From Pseudomonadota bacterium (GTDB lineage Bacteria; Pseudomonadota; Alphaproteobacteria; CACIAM-22H2), in contig JBEGVV010000258.1 of the NCBI GenBank assembly GCA_041178225.1, positions 1,514 through 65,513 on the forward strand: 64,000 nt of DNA, in the 5' to 3' direction. The position numbers and the translations under genes were made by a program. The notes beneath the pieces were generated by a model that searched no databases, was not told where the DNA came from, and saw only the letters and a list, made by a program, of their open reading frames with translations. The first letter of the stretch is position 1, and every line of letters begins with the position of its first letter. This document shows positions 49,184-59,547 of this stretch, in pieces.

Positions 49184-49954
49184 ATGCATGTCGAGATCAC
49201 GAAGGCCACGAAGAGCTTCGCCGCGCGCGGTCGCGTCGTCGAGGCGCTGCGAGAGGTCTCGCTCGGCGTCGGGCGCGGCGAGTTCGTCGCGCTGGTCGGT
49301 CCGTCGGGCTGCGGGAAGTCGACCCTGCTCAACATGGTGGCGGGCCTCGCGACGCCGACGCGCGGCGCGATCCTGCATGCCGGCCGGCCGGTAGAGGGCG
49401 TCAACCGATCCGTCGGCTACATGACGCAGGCCGACGCGCTGCTGCCCTGGCGCACCGCGGAGGCGAACGTCATGCTTCCCCTGCTGCTGCGCGGGACGAA
49501 GCGCGCCGACGCGCGCGCCCGCGCCCGCGACCAGCTCGAGCGCGTCGGCCTCGCCGGCTTCCTCGACGCCTACCCGCGCGAGCTGTCCGGCGGCATGCGC
49601 AAGCGCGCGGCCCTCGCGCAACTGCTGGTCTACGAGCCAGACACGCTGCTCCTCGACGAGCCCTTCGGCGCGCTCGACGCGCAGCTCAAGCTCGTGCTGG
49701 CGCAGGAACTCGCCACGCTGCACGCCCGCACCGGCCAGACGGTGCTCTTCGTGACCCACGACCTCGGCGAGGCGATCGCGCTCGCCGACCGGGTGGTCGT
49801 CTTCTCCGGCCGGCCCGGCCGGATCAAGGCGATCGAGCGGGTGGCGCTCCCCCGGCCCCGCGACATGTTCCGCGCGCGCTTCGAGCCCGCGTTCCAGGAA
49901 CTCTACGAGCGCCTCTGGGCGGCGCTCGCGCCCGAGATCGGGGCCGCGGCATGA
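49184..49954 (+). CDS. ABC transporter ATP-binding protein (NitT/TauT family)
   Basis: GPSGCGKSTLL, LSGGMRKRAALA and LLLDEPFGALD. Confidence 0.9.
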   Translation: MHVEITKATKSFAARGRVVEALREVSLGVGRGEFVALVGPSGCGKSTLLNMVAGLATPTRGAILHAGRPVEGVNRSVGYMTQADALLPWRTAEANVMLPLLLRGTKRADARARARDQLERVGLAGFLDAYPRELSGGMRKRAALAQLLVYEPDTLLLDEPFGALDAQLKLVLAQELATLHARTGQTVLFVTHDLGEAIALADRVVVFSGRPGRIKAIERVALPRPRDMFRARFEPAFQELYERLWAALAPEIGAAA

Positions 49955-50763
49955 ACAGGATCGACGGGGATCCCGAGGCGCCGGTCGCGGCGCCGGACGG
50001 CGGTGCCGGCGAGGTCGCGCCGTGGGTCGTGCGTGCCGGCCAGGTCGGGCTCGGCGTGGCGCTCCTCGCCGCCTGGCAACTCGCGTCCGGCCGCCTCGTC
50101 GACCCGTTCTTCGTGAGCTCGCCGGCCGAGGTCGGGGCGCGGCTGGCGCGCTGGGCGACGGACGGCACGCTGCTCGTCCATGGCAGCTACACGCTGCGCG
50201 CGATGGTCGCGGGCTTCGTCATCGGCGCCGCGAGCGGCTTCGGCACGGGCTTCGCGCTCGGCCGCAACGACCTGCTCGCGCGCATCCTCGACCCCTACAT
50301 CACGGCCATCTACTGCCTGCCGAAGATCGCGCTCGCGCCGCTCTTCCTGCTCTGGTTCGGCATCGGCATCGAATCGAAGATCGCCATGGCCGCGGCGATC
50401 GTCTTCTTCCTCGTCTTCCTGAACACATTCGCCGGCGTTCGCGCGGTGGAGCGGATCCACCTCGACGCCGTGCGCATCATGGGCGGCGGGCGGCTCGCCG
50501 AGCTCAGGCATGTCGTCCTGCCCTCGGCCGCGGCGTGGGTGATGACGGGGCTGAAGGTCTCCGTGCCCTACGCGCTGATCGGCGCCGTGGTGAGCGAGCT
50601 CATCTCCTCCAACCGCGGCGTCGGCTTCCTGATCGGGCAGGCCAGCGGCCTGTTCGACACCGCGGGCGTGTTCGCGGGGCTGGTCGTCCTCGCGGTCGCC
50701 GGCGCGACGCTCAACGGCGTCCTCAAGTCGGCCGAGCGCCGCCTGCTGCGCTGGCGCGGATGA
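49951..50763 (+). CDS. ABC transporter permease (NitT/TauT family)
   Basis: 270 aa with 6 TMS. It is coupled to the ATPase gene by ATGA. Confidence 0.85.
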   Translation: MNRIDGDPEAPVAAPDGGAGEVAPWVVRAGQVGLGVALLAAWQLASGRLVDPFFVSSPAEVGARLARWATDGTLLVHGSYTLRAMVAGFVIGAASGFGTGFALGRNDLLARILDPYITAIYCLPKIALAPLFLLWFGIGIESKIAMAAAIVFFLVFLNTFAGVRAVERIHLDAVRIMGGGRLAELRHVVLPSAAAWVMTGLKVSVPYALIGAVVSELISSNRGVGFLIGQASGLFDTAGVFAGLVVLAVAGATLNGVLKSAERRLLRWRG

Positions 50764-52471
50764 TCGCGTCGCCAAACTTCGCCGCCAGCATCATCGTCGG
50801 CAGGTTCAGGTTGGCGCGCGGCGCGGTCGGCATGACCGATGCGTCGACGACGCGGAGCCCGTCGACCCCGTGGAGGCGCGCCTGCAGCGGGTCCACCACG
50901 GCGCCCCGGTCCGAGCCCGGCCCCATGCGGCATGTCCCGCAGGGGTGCCACTGGCCGAACACGCGCGCACGGACATGCGCCTCGAGCGCCTCCTCGTCGG
51001 CGACGAGGGCGTCGAGCGACACGCCGCCAGACACGATCCTCTCCATGGCCAGGCGCCGCAGCGGCGGGAGCATGTCGAGAAGCAACGCCGCCGGGGCCGT
51101 CGCGAGGATGTTGCGCAGGCTGCGTGTCCCCAGCGCGCGCGCCACGCCGGAATAGGTCGAGGGCGACGGGCCCTCGATGCATCGCGCGAGCGGCTCGGTG
51201 CGCGCCAGCCTCGCGAGGAATCGGAACGCGTCCACGAGCCGTCGTGCATCGCGCGGGTCGGCGAGGAAGTCGAAATTGGCCAGAGGCCCGGTCGCCGGAT
51301 CGGGCGATCGCAGCACGACCCGGCCCCGCGAATGGACCTTGTTGAGCCATGCGACGAGCGTGCCGGTGCGGCGTCCAACCGGATGCCAGCCGGACTTCGC
51401 GATCGCCATCATGTAGAGGTCGGATGCCGGGCTTCCCGGTAGCCCCGAACTGAAGCGCAGTGCCACGTGGTTGTGGCGGCGCGTCGTCCCTGCGAGCCGC
51501 GCCCAGGGCTTGATGAAGGCCGATATCGAGATCCCGGGATGCTCCTGCAGGTTCCGGCCGACGCCCTCGCGGTCGAGCCGCACCTCGATGCCCAGCGCCC
51601 GCAAGTCGCCGCCCGGCCCGATGCCGGAGCGCAAGAGCAGGGCCGGGGAATGGATCGCCCCCGCGCACAGCACGACCTCCGCCGCGCGCACCAGGCCCGC
51701 TGCCCGCCCATGCACGACCTCGACGCCGCAGGCACGCCGCCCCTCGAAGGCGAGGCGGCTGGCCTCCGCGCCGGCGAGGACATGCAGGTTCGGGCGCGCC
51801 CGCGTCGAGGCCCCGAGGAAGGCCATCGCCGCGGAGACCCGATGCCGCCCGTCATTGGACAGGCTCTGCGCGAACCATCCGTCGCCGAAGACGCCGTTCT
51901 GGTCGCCGATGTCGGCGTGGCCGAGCGCGTGGAGCGCATCCGCGACGGCGGTCGAGAAGCCCGGCCAGAGCGGGCGGGCGACCCTGTGGATCGGTATCGG
52001 GCCGGACGCCCCGTGGAGCGGCCCCGAGAAGTCGAGGTCGCGCTCGATCGCGCGGAAGAAGGGCAGGACGTCGTCCCAGCCCCAGCCCTCCGCGCCGAGG
52101 CCGCGCCACTCCTCGTAGTCGTCGGGCGTGCCGCGATTGGCGACCTGCCCGTTGATGCTCGAGCCGCCACCGAGCAGCCTCGCCTGCTCGTAGCGTCGCT
52201 GTGGCGGCCGCGGCGGCGCGTTGTGGCCCACCGGCGAGAAGTTCGCGGCGATGTCGGGCCAATGGTTCGCGGGATCGAACGCGGCGACGCCCGGATACAT
52301 GTCGAGGATCTCCGGTGGCTCCTGCCCCGGCGGGACGTCCCTCCCGGCCTCGAGCAGGAGCACCCTGCGGGACGGATCGCGAGAGAGCGCTTCGGCCATG
52401 ACGCAGCCCGCGCTGCCGCCACCGACCACGACGAAGTCCCAGCGTGCCCCGAGCACCTCGGCGAGGCTCAT
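50723..52471 (-). CDS. GMC family oxidoreductase
   Basis: Start MSLAEVLGARWDFVVVGGGSAGCVMAEAL, GGGSSINGQV and HPCGTCRMG. Confidence 0.9.
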   Translation of the reverse strand: MSLAEVLGARWDFVVVGGGSAGCVMAEALSRDPSRRVLLLEAGRDVPPGQEPPEILDMYPGVAAFDPANHWPDIAANFSPVGHNAPPRPPQRRYEQARLLGGGSSINGQVANRGTPDDYEEWRGLGAEGWGWDDVLPFFRAIERDLDFSGPLHGASGPIPIHRVARPLWPGFSTAVADALHALGHADIGDQNGVFGDGWFAQSLSNDGRHRVSAAMAFLGASTRARPNLHVLAGAEASRLAFEGRRACGVEVVHGRAAGLVRAAEVVLCAGAIHSPALLLRSGIGPGGDLRALGIEVRLDREGVGRNLQEHPGISISAFIKPWARLAGTTRRHNHVALRFSSGLPGSPASDLYMMAIAKSGWHPVGRRTGTLVAWLNKVHSRGRVVLRSPDPATGPLANFDFLADPRDARRLVDAFRFLARLARTEPLARCIEGPSPSTYSGVARALGTRSLRNILATAPAALLLDMLPPLRRLAMERIVSGGVSLDALVADEEALEAHVRARVFGQWHPCGTCRMGPGSDRGAVVDPLQARLHGVDGLRVVDASVMPTAPRANLNLPTMMLAAKFGDAIIRASAAGGARPT

Positions 52472-53319
52472 CCCTTCACCGCGCCCTTGGTCAGCCCCGA
52501 GACGACATGCCGGCCGAGCAGCGCGAAGGCGAGGAGGATCGGCACGATCGCCAGCGTGGCCGCCGCCGTCAGCGGCCCCCATTCCCGGCCGAAGAAGCCG
52601 ATGAAGGAATAGATCATCGGCTGGACGGGCTTGAGCTCCGGCGCGTCCACCATCACGGAACCTGCGACGAACTCGTTCCAGCTGCCCACGAAGGCGAGGA
52701 CCCCGGCCGCGCCGAGCGCAGGCCGCGCAAGCGGAAGCATGACGTGCCGCAGGATGTCGGCATGCGTTCCTCCATCGACGATGACCGCCTCGTCGAGTTC
52801 GCGCGGGATGGCCTCGATCACGCCCTTGGTGATCCAGATCGCCATCGGTAGCTGGTGGGCGGTGTAGATGAGCGGCAGCACGTACCAGGTGTTCGTGATG
52901 CCCAGTCGCATGAACCAGATGTAGTTCGGGATCAGCAGGGCGGCGGCGCCAAGCGAGAGCGGGATGCTCGCGACGATGGCGAGGAAGAGGCCCTGGCGGC
53001 CCGGGAATTCAAGCCGGTCGAAGGCATAGGCGGCAGGCAGGGCGAGCGCCAGCGTCGCGGCGACGGAGAGGCCCGCATAGGCGAGGCTGGTGCCGAGGCT
53101 TCCCAGGAAGCCGCTCTCGACCACGCGCACGTAGTGCTCGAGCGTCGGCGAGAAGCCAAGGATGACTGGCGGGAAGCGCAGGATGTCGGCGTCGCCCTTG
53201 ATGGACGTGAGCGCTCCCCAGGCGAGCGGCACGAGGTTGAGCACGCAGAGCAACGCCATGCCGGCGGCCAGGAGCGTGCCGGCGGCGAGGCCGGCAAGGC
53301 GCCGCGGGGCGGCCGTCAT
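52468..53319 (-). CDS. Carbohydrate ABC transporter permease (MalG-like)
   Basis: 283 aa with 6 TMS and the EAA loop ELDEAVIVDGG. Confidence 0.85.
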   Translation of the reverse strand: MTAAPRRLAGLAAGTLLAAGMALLCVLNLVPLAWGALTSIKGDADILRFPPVILGFSPTLEHYVRVVESGFLGSLGTSLAYAGLSVAATLALALPAAYAFDRLEFPGRQGLFLAIVASIPLSLGAAALLIPNYIWFMRLGITNTWYVLPLIYTAHQLPMAIWITKGVIEAIPRELDEAVIVDGGTHADILRHVMLPLARPALGAAGVLAFVGSWNEFVAGSVMVDAPELKPVQPMIYSFIGFFGREWGPLTAAATLAIVPILLAFALLGRHVVSGLTKGAVKG

Positions 53320-54173
53320 GCGCGCCACCGCGAGAGCCTGACATACGCGAGGACGAGCAGGATGTTGCCCGCGAACATCACCAGGGCGAGCGCCGTCGCG
53401 CTGCCGAGGTCGAAGACCGCGAAGGCGCGCTCGTAGACGTCGATCGCCAGGACGCGCGTCGCATCGCGCGGCCCGCCCCCGGTGAGGACGAGCGGGGTCT
53501 CCACCGTGTTTATGTTCGAGAGCGTCAGCACGACCGCCGCCAGGAGCAGCGGCGTCTTGAGGAGCGGCAGGGTGACAAGGCGGAAGACCTGCCAGCCATT
53601 CGCCCCGTCGATGCGCGCGGCCTCGTGGAGCTCCGAGGGGATGCTCTTGAGGCCGGCGAGCAGCACGATCACGGCATAGCCGATGCGCTTCCAGACCGAG
53701 ACGACGACCAGCAACCCCATCGCCCCGGAGGGCGAGGCAAGCCATCCCTCGCCGCCGGCGGAGACGAAGGAGAGCACGTAGGAGGCGAAGCCGATGTCGC
53801 TGACGAAGACCCAGCGGAAGAGCAGCGTCGCGACCACGGTCGAGATGATCCACGGGACGATGACCACGGACTGCACGACGAGGCCAATCGCCGGGCGCAT
53901 CCGGTCGATCCAGGCCGAGAGGCCCAGCGCGATGGCTATCGTCAGGACGACGGAACTCGCGGTGTGGAACGCCGTCCTGCCGAAGGTGGCGACGAGCTCG
54001 TGGTCGTCGAGCAGCCGCAGGAAGTTGCGCATCCCCGCGAAATCGGTCGGGGCGCCGTACTCGATCCGGAACAGGCTGAACCAGAGCGCGTAGGCGACCG
54101 GGGACAGGAGCACGAAGCCGAGCAGCCCGAAGCTCGGCGCGGCGAACGCGAATGCGGTCCTGCTGTCGCGCAT
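53316..54173 (-). CDS. Carbohydrate ABC transporter permease (MalF-like)
   Basis: 285 aa with 6 TMS and the EAA loop LHEAARIDGANGWQVFR. Confidence 0.85.
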   Translation of the reverse strand: MRDSRTAFAFAAPSFGLLGFVLLSPVAYALWFSLFRIEYGAPTDFAGMRNFLRLLDDHELVATFGRTAFHTASSVVLTIAIALGLSAWIDRMRPAIGLVVQSVVIVPWIISTVVATLLFRWVFVSDIGFASYVLSFVSAGGEGWLASPSGAMGLLVVVSVWKRIGYAVIVLLAGLKSIPSELHEAARIDGANGWQVFRLVTLPLLKTPLLLAAVVLTLSNINTVETPLVLTGGGPRDATRVLAIDVYERAFAVFDLGSATALALVMFAGNILLVLAYVRLSRWRA

Positions 54174-54231
54174 GCGTCGCGGGCGTGACCGGCGGGCCGC
54201 GTCGCCGCGGCCCGTGGTCCCTGCCCTCGCC

Positions 54232-55542
54232 TCAGCGGTTGTTCTGCTGGTTGAAGCGACGCTCGGCGGCCTCGAGCGCGGCCTTCGGGTCGACATTCCC
54301 GACGACGACGTCCTGCGCCGCCTTGTTGAGCGCCTGGCGATAGCCACCGACCCCGTACTCGACGGAAGGGATCCAGCCGAATTCCTTCACGCCGCGCGAG
54401 GCGATGGCGAGATAGGCGTTCTGGGGCTTGGCCATGAACTCGGTCATCTGGCGCAGCGTCGAGGGCGCGCCGGGAAGCTGGCCGCCCATCTCGACCCAGA
54501 GCCGGTCGGACTCGCCGGTCGACATGTGCTCGAGGAACCTGCCTGCGAGCGCCTTGTTCTTGCCGCCCGACCACACGCCGACGGCCCAGCCCGCCATCAC
54601 GCCGGGGGAATGCGGCTTCCCGTCGACGCCCGGCCAGATCATGAAACCGACATTCTCGGCGCCAAGCTTGGCCTGCATCGTCGAGATGCGCACCACGGCG
54701 CCGCCGAACATGGCGAGCCGCCCCGCCGCGAACTGCTCGTAGAGGTCCTCGGCCGTCCAGCCCACCGCCTGCCGCGGCGTCACGCCGTGCCGTAGCACCA
54801 TGTCGGTCTGGAGCTTCAGCGCCTCGGCGCCGACGGGATTGCTCCACTTCGCGCGGCCATTCGCCTCGAAGAGGTCGCCCTGCCGGGCCAGGAGCATCGA
54901 CGTCATCATCTGGGAGTCGGCGAGGTTCTCGCTGAATTGCTGGCCGAAGCCCCAACGGGTCACGTTGCCGGCGGCATCCCGCGTGGTCAGCTTCCTCGCC
55001 GCCTCGATGAAGGCCGGCCAGGTCGAGAGCGTCGACGGGTCGATGCCCGCCTCCCTGAGGAAGTCGGTCCGGTAGATGACCCCGTAGTAGTTCCTGGAAT
55101 GGAAGAGGCAATGGACCCTGCCCTCCCTCTCGCAGCGCGCCCAGTAGCCGTCCTTGCGCTCCGCGACGTCGGCGGCGGGCCACTTGCCGAGGAAGAGCTC
55201 GTTCAGGTCGGCAAGCGAGCCGGTGCGCAGCGCGTCGCCCAGCAGGTCGGTCACGACCCAGACGATGTCCGGAGCGGTGCCCGCGCGATGCGCCGCCAGG
55301 AACTTGGGCGTCATCTGGTCCCAGACCTGCGGCTCGACCACGACCTTCGTGCCCGGGTTCGCCGCCTCGAAGCGCCGGATGATCTCCGCCAGCGCCTTCT
55401 CGCGCGGCGCGTTGCCGGCGGGGTTGAGGAAGGTCCACATGCGGATCGTCTGCGCGGCGGCCCCCGTCGGGACGAGGGCGCAGGCCGCTAGCCCGCAGAG
55501 GACGGCGCCGGCAAGCGCGCGTCGCAGGAAACTGCCGATCAT
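54232..55542 (-). CDS. ABC transporter extracellular solute-binding protein (family 1, sugar type)
   Basis: Signal peptide MIGSFLRRALAGAVLCGLAACALVPTGAAAQ. AGGAGGAAG ribosome-binding site upstream. Confidence 0.85.
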   Translation of the reverse strand: MIGSFLRRALAGAVLCGLAACALVPTGAAAQTIRMWTFLNPAGNAPREKALAEIIRRFEAANPGTKVVVEPQVWDQMTPKFLAAHRAGTAPDIVWVVTDLLGDALRTGSLADLNELFLGKWPAADVAERKDGYWARCEREGRVHCLFHSRNYYGVIYRTDFLREAGIDPSTLSTWPAFIEAARKLTTRDAAGNVTRWGFGQQFSENLADSQMMTSMLLARQGDLFEANGRAKWSNPVGAEALKLQTDMVLRHGVTPRQAVGWTAEDLYEQFAAGRLAMFGGAVVRISTMQAKLGAENVGFMIWPGVDGKPHSPGVMAGWAVGVWSGGKNKALAGRFLEHMSTGESDRLWVEMGGQLPGAPSTLRQMTEFMAKPQNAYLAIASRGVKEFGWIPSVEYGVGGYRQALNKAAQDVVVGNVDPKAALEAAERRFNQQNNR

Positions 55543-55615
55543 GTCTTCCTCCTTGGTCGTCGGTTGCATTCGTGGCCAGGCGGCCCCGCCATGCGGGGCG
55601 GCGCAGGCCCGCCGG

Positions 55616-56788
55616 TCATCGGGTGCCTTGCGGCAGGTCGGTGCGGTAGGTCTCCGCCAGTGCCCAGTCGAGGTCGCAGCCATGGCCCGGCGCATCCCGC
55701 GCCACGAGGCAGCCATCGACCGTCTCCAGTGGCGGCACGGGCAACTCGTCGCGCAGCGCGTTCGGCAGGCGGTTCGCCTCGTAGAGCCGGCAATTGTCCA
55801 CGGCGCGGCAGACATGCAGCGCCGCGGAGACGGCGATGCCGCCGCCCACGCCATGGGGCGAGATCCGCACGCCGTGGCGCCGCGCCGGGGCGGAAAGCGC
55901 GAGGATGCCGCTGACGCCGCCCGCGCGGCTGATGTTCGGCATCAGGACGTCGACGGCCCCTGCCCGCAGGAAGGTCTCGTAGCCCTCGACGGTGAACTCG
56001 TTCTCGCCCGCCGCTATCGGCATGGGCGCCGCGCGCCTGATCTCCGCCAGGGCCGCCGGGTCGTCGGGCCTGATCGGCTCCTCGAGCCATGCGAGGTCGT
56101 AGGGCTTGAGCGCCTTCGCGAAGGCGATCGAGGTCGGCACGTCATAGGCGCAGTTGACGTCGAGCATCAGGCCGCGCCCCGAGCCGATCGCCGCGCGCAC
56201 CGCGGCGACATGTGCAAGGTCCACCTCGATGCCGCGGCCGACCTTCAGCTTGATCGCGCGATAGCCCTGCGCGACGTATTCAAGCGCCTTCGCCGCGGAA
56301 CGCTCGGGCGTCGGCAGGAAGGGAACCGGGCTCACGTAGAGGTCGACGGGCCCGGGCGTCGCGCCAAGCAGCGTGGCCAGGGGCTTGCCCGCGCGCCGCG
56401 CCTTGAGGTCCCAGAGCGCGATATCGACCCCGGACAGCGCCTCCATCGCCGGGCCGCGCGTATGGCCCATGGCGATGAAATAGGCCCGCAGCGCAGCGAG
56501 CATGGCGGCGGGCTCGTCGAGGTCCTCTCCCACCAGGGCAGGCGCGATGACGTCGTTGACGAGGCAGGCGCTGGCCATCGCGCGCGGCAACCCGAATGCC
56601 TCGCCAAGGCCGCGGCAACCATCGTCGCTCTCCGCGACCACGATCGTGGAGTGCTGGCCCGAGCGCGGGATCTTCCGGAAATGGCTCGCGGGCGAGAGGA
56701 TCTCGGGAGGCACGCGATCGAGCCCGCCGTAGAGCCGCGCGAACGACCCGTACAGGGGCAGCGCCACGAGGCGCGCTAGCTTTGCCAC
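55616..56788 (-). CDS. Mandelate racemase/muconate lactonizing enzyme family protein (enolase superfamily, sugar-acid-dehydratase-like)
   Basis: KLKVGRG, LMLDVNCAYD, LAWLEEP and AAGENEF carry the metal-ligand D/E/D pattern. Confidence 0.8.
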   Translation of the reverse strand: MAKLARLVALPLYGSFARLYGGLDRVPPEILSPASHFRKIPRSGQHSTIVVAESDDGCRGLGEAFGLPRAMASACLVNDVIAPALVGEDLDEPAAMLAALRAYFIAMGHTRGPAMEALSGVDIALWDLKARRAGKPLATLLGATPGPVDLYVSPVPFLPTPERSAAKALEYVAQGYRAIKLKVGRGIEVDLAHVAAVRAAIGSGRGLMLDVNCAYDVPTSIAFAKALKPYDLAWLEEPIRPDDPAALAEIRRAAPMPIAAGENEFTVEGYETFLRAGAVDVLMPNISRAGGVSGILALSAPARRHGVRISPHGVGGGIAVSAALHVCRAVDNCRLYEANRLPNALRDELPVPPLETVDGCLVARDAPGHGCDLDWALAETYRTDLPQGTR

Positions 56789-56875
56789 TTTCCCTCCCCC
56801 CCGGAAGACAGGAGCCAGCCTAGCGATGTTTCTGCGCTTGTAAACGACGCGCCGGGCCCGCCGCCCGCCGCGCCC

Positions 56876-57946
56876 TCACTTCTCGCCGACGACGACCGTC
56901 CAGGGGAAGCGCCAGCGCTCGCCGCGCGCGGCGAGCGCGCCGGGCATCTCCTCGAAGTCGATGGTCTCGACGTTGCGGAAGCCGAGTTCGCGCATCGTCT
57001 TCTTCACGTCCATGCGGACCATCGGCTCCATGTAGGGCTCGTTGTTCCGCCGACCGTGGCCGAAATGCATGAAGCGCATGAACGGGTCCTCGGGCGGGAT
57101 GAAGTCGAGGTGGATCATCAGCCCGCCCGGCTCGAGCACGCGCATCGCCTCGGCGAAGGTCTCGCGGATCGCGGGCGGCGGCATCTCGTGGATCACCATC
57201 GTCGAGGTGACGACGTCGTGGCTGGCGTCGGGCAGGCCCGTCTTCCTGCAGTCGCGCTGCAGGAAGCGCACGTTGCGCGCCTGCGCGGCCGCGGCGTCCT
57301 GCGCGGCGAGGCGAAGGCAGGGCGCCGCGATGTCGACGCCGGTCACCTGCGCGTCCCGGTTCTCCGACCAGAAGGGCCGCGTCGACTTGCCGAAGCCGCA
57401 GCCCATGTCGAGGATCCGGCTGCCCCTGCGCCGCTCGTTCACCAGCGCGGTGAACTTCCAGTGCAGGTCCTTGTGCTGCTGCATCAGCGGCGTCGTCGAG
57501 CGCGCGCCGCGCTCGTAGACATAGCCCGCGATCGCGTCCGACCAGATGCCGCCGGGATGCTGGTGGATGTCGACGGAGGCGAAATAGGCGGGGATCTCTA
57601 GCGCCGGATCGAGCTCGAGCACGCCTGGCGGCAGCGGCGCGTCGAGCTCGGCCTCGATCTCGCCGCGCAAGCGGTCATGCGCGGGCTGCAGCCCCCAGCG
57701 CCCGGAATACTTGAAGCGCTGGAGATGGCGCTCGAGCCACGCGAACTGGCGGTAGAGCGGCTCGCCCTCGAGCAGCGCCGCGGCGTCATCGGCCTCGCGC
57801 GGCGGCGACCCGGCGTTGGCGGCGCGCGCCGCCTTCTCGCGGTAGAGCGCGTGCAGCTCGGGGAAGACGCGCCCCGTCCAGTGCAGCTTGCAGCCCAGCA
57901 GGAACGCCTGGTACGCCTCGAACTGCCGATCGCGCACGTTGATCAT
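56876..57946 (-). CDS. Class I SAM-dependent methyltransferase
   Basis: Motif I ILDMGCGFGKST. Start MINVRDRQFEAY. Confidence 0.8.
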   Translation of the reverse strand: MINVRDRQFEAYQAFLLGCKLHWTGRVFPELHALYREKAARAANAGSPPREADDAAALLEGEPLYRQFAWLERHLQRFKYSGRWGLQPAHDRLRGEIEAELDAPLPPGVLELDPALEIPAYFASVDIHQHPGGIWSDAIAGYVYERGARSTTPLMQQHKDLHWKFTALVNERRRGSRILDMGCGFGKSTRPFWSENRDAQVTGVDIAAPCLRLAAQDAAAAQARNVRFLQRDCRKTGLPDASHDVVTSTMVIHEMPPPAIRETFAEAMRVLEPGGLMIHLDFIPPEDPFMRFMHFGHGRRNNEPYMEPMVRMDVKKTMRELGFRNVETIDFEEMPGALAARGERWRFPWTVVVGEK

Positions 57947-58017
57947 GTCCACCAAGCTCCCATCGTGTCGCGGCGATGATATGGTCTGGCATCCACACCG
58001 GCAATCGGGCCCGTCGC

Positions 58018-58725
58018 ATGTCTGACCTCGCATCGGAACAGGAAGTCCTCTCGATCCTCGAGGCGGTGCGCGCCAAGCGCGGCTACCTGCTCCCGCACCA
58101 CGGCCTCCTCGCGCTGACCGCGCCGCGCCTCGCGCGCGCCTACGACGAGGCCTACACGGCGCTGACCCTCGACCGGCGCTCGCTGAGCGAGTTCGAGAAG
58201 GAATTCGTCTGGCTGCCGATCCTGATCTCGACCGACGAGGCGATCGCCACCCACCACATCGCGAAGTTCAAGGCCGCGGGCGGGACGAGCGCGGACATGG
58301 AGACCTGCCTGCGCCTCGCGGCCTTCGCCCGCGGCGCGCGCGACTACCGCTTCGTCGGGCGCCACTGGGGCGACCTCATCGAGGGCTTCGACCGCGAGCG
58401 CGCCTATCGCGGCGCGCTCGACGCGCTGCTGGCGGGCGCGTCCTGCCCGCGCGGCCTCGCGGAGGCGGCCATGGCCGCGACCCATGCCTGCCTCGCGCAG
58501 TGGGAGGAACTCGCGATCCACATCCGCGGTGCCTACGCCGCGGGCTTCCCCGAGGCGAAGCTCGCCGAGGCGCTGTCGCTCGTGATGTTCCCGGGCAGCG
58601 TGCCGCATTTCGTGGAGGCCGCGCGCGTCTGGCGCGACCTGGCGCGCTCGGGCGCCATCCCCGCCTCGCCCGCGCTGCGGCTCTGGGCCTCGATCGACCA
58701 GAGCGGCTTCGACGGCAAGGTCTGA
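58018..58725 (+). CDS. Hypothetical protein (possibly an AhpD/carboxymuconolactone-decarboxylase-like fold)
   Basis: 236 aa, helical, with normal composition. The family assignment is a guess. Confidence 0.4.
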   Translation: MSDLASEQEVLSILEAVRAKRGYLLPHHGLLALTAPRLARAYDEAYTALTLDRRSLSEFEKEFVWLPILISTDEAIATHHIAKFKAAGGTSADMETCLRLAAFARGARDYRFVGRHWGDLIEGFDRERAYRGALDALLAGASCPRGLAEAAMAATHACLAQWEELAIHIRGAYAAGFPEAKLAEALSLVMFPGSVPHFVEAARVWRDLARSGAIPASPALRLWASIDQSGFDGKV

Positions 58726-58740
58726 GGCGGCGACCGCGCC

Positions 58741-59514
58741 TCAGGTCGCGAAGTCGCCCTCGCCGCGGCGCAGCAGCACGCGCTTGAGCGCCTCGAAATG
58801 GCGCTCCGCCGGCCCCGGGCCCGCCGGCACGACGCCGCCGCCCTCGAGGCCGAACATCACCTGCTTGCGCAGGGTGGCGAGCACGTCCTGCCGCACGCGG
58901 CGGCGCGGCTGGCCCGTCATGTACGCGTAGACCTGCGTCTGGCAGGCGCGCTCGAGGTAGTAGAGACGGTCATAGGCCTCGGCGAGGCTGCGCCCGGCGA
59001 CCATCACGCCATGGCTCGCCATGAACATGATCGTCTTGCCGTCCTCGAGCCTGGCGGCGAGCCGCTCGCCCTCGGCCGGCTCGTGCGCGAGGCCGGTGTA
59101 TTCCTCGTCGTAGCAGATCATCGGCGCGAGGATGGCGGCCGCCTGGCCGATCGGCTCGAGCCGCTGGTCCTGGAGGAGCGTCAGCGTCGTCGCGAAGGGC
59201 ATGTGCGTGTGCAGCAGCACCTCGGCCTGCGGCTTGAGGCGGTGGAGCGGCGCGTGGATGCACCACGCCGTCAGCTCGATCTCGCCCTCGCCCTCGACGA
59301 CCCGGCCGTCGTAGTCGCAGACCAGGAAGTCGCTCGCCTTCACCTCGGCCCAGTGCAGGCCGTAGGGGATGGCGAGGAAATGGCCGGGCCTGCCCGGCAC
59401 GTTCATCGTGAAGTGGTTGCAGATGCCCTCGTTGAAGCCGTGCATCACCGCCATGCGGTGCGCGGCGGCGAGGTCCACCCGCGCCTGCCAGACAGGATCC
59501 GTCTTTCCGGACAT
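58741..59514 (-). CDS. Class II aldolase/adducin family protein
   Basis: N-terminal WQARVDLAAAHRM...GFNEGICNHFT, and HTHMP His ligands. Confidence 0.8.
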   Translation of the reverse strand: MSGKTDPVWQARVDLAAAHRMAVMHGFNEGICNHFTMNVPGRPGHFLAIPYGLHWAEVKASDFLVCDYDGRVVEGEGEIELTAWCIHAPLHRLKPQAEVLLHTHMPFATTLTLLQDQRLEPIGQAAAILAPMICYDEEYTGLAHEPAEGERLAARLEDGKTIMFMASHGVMVAGRSLAEAYDRLYYLERACQTQVYAYMTGQPRRRVRQDVLATLRKQVMFGLEGGGVVPAGPGPAERHFEALKRVLLRRGEGDFAT

Positions 59515-59547
59515 CGTCGTCTCCCGCTAGGGCCGCGCCGGCGCCGC

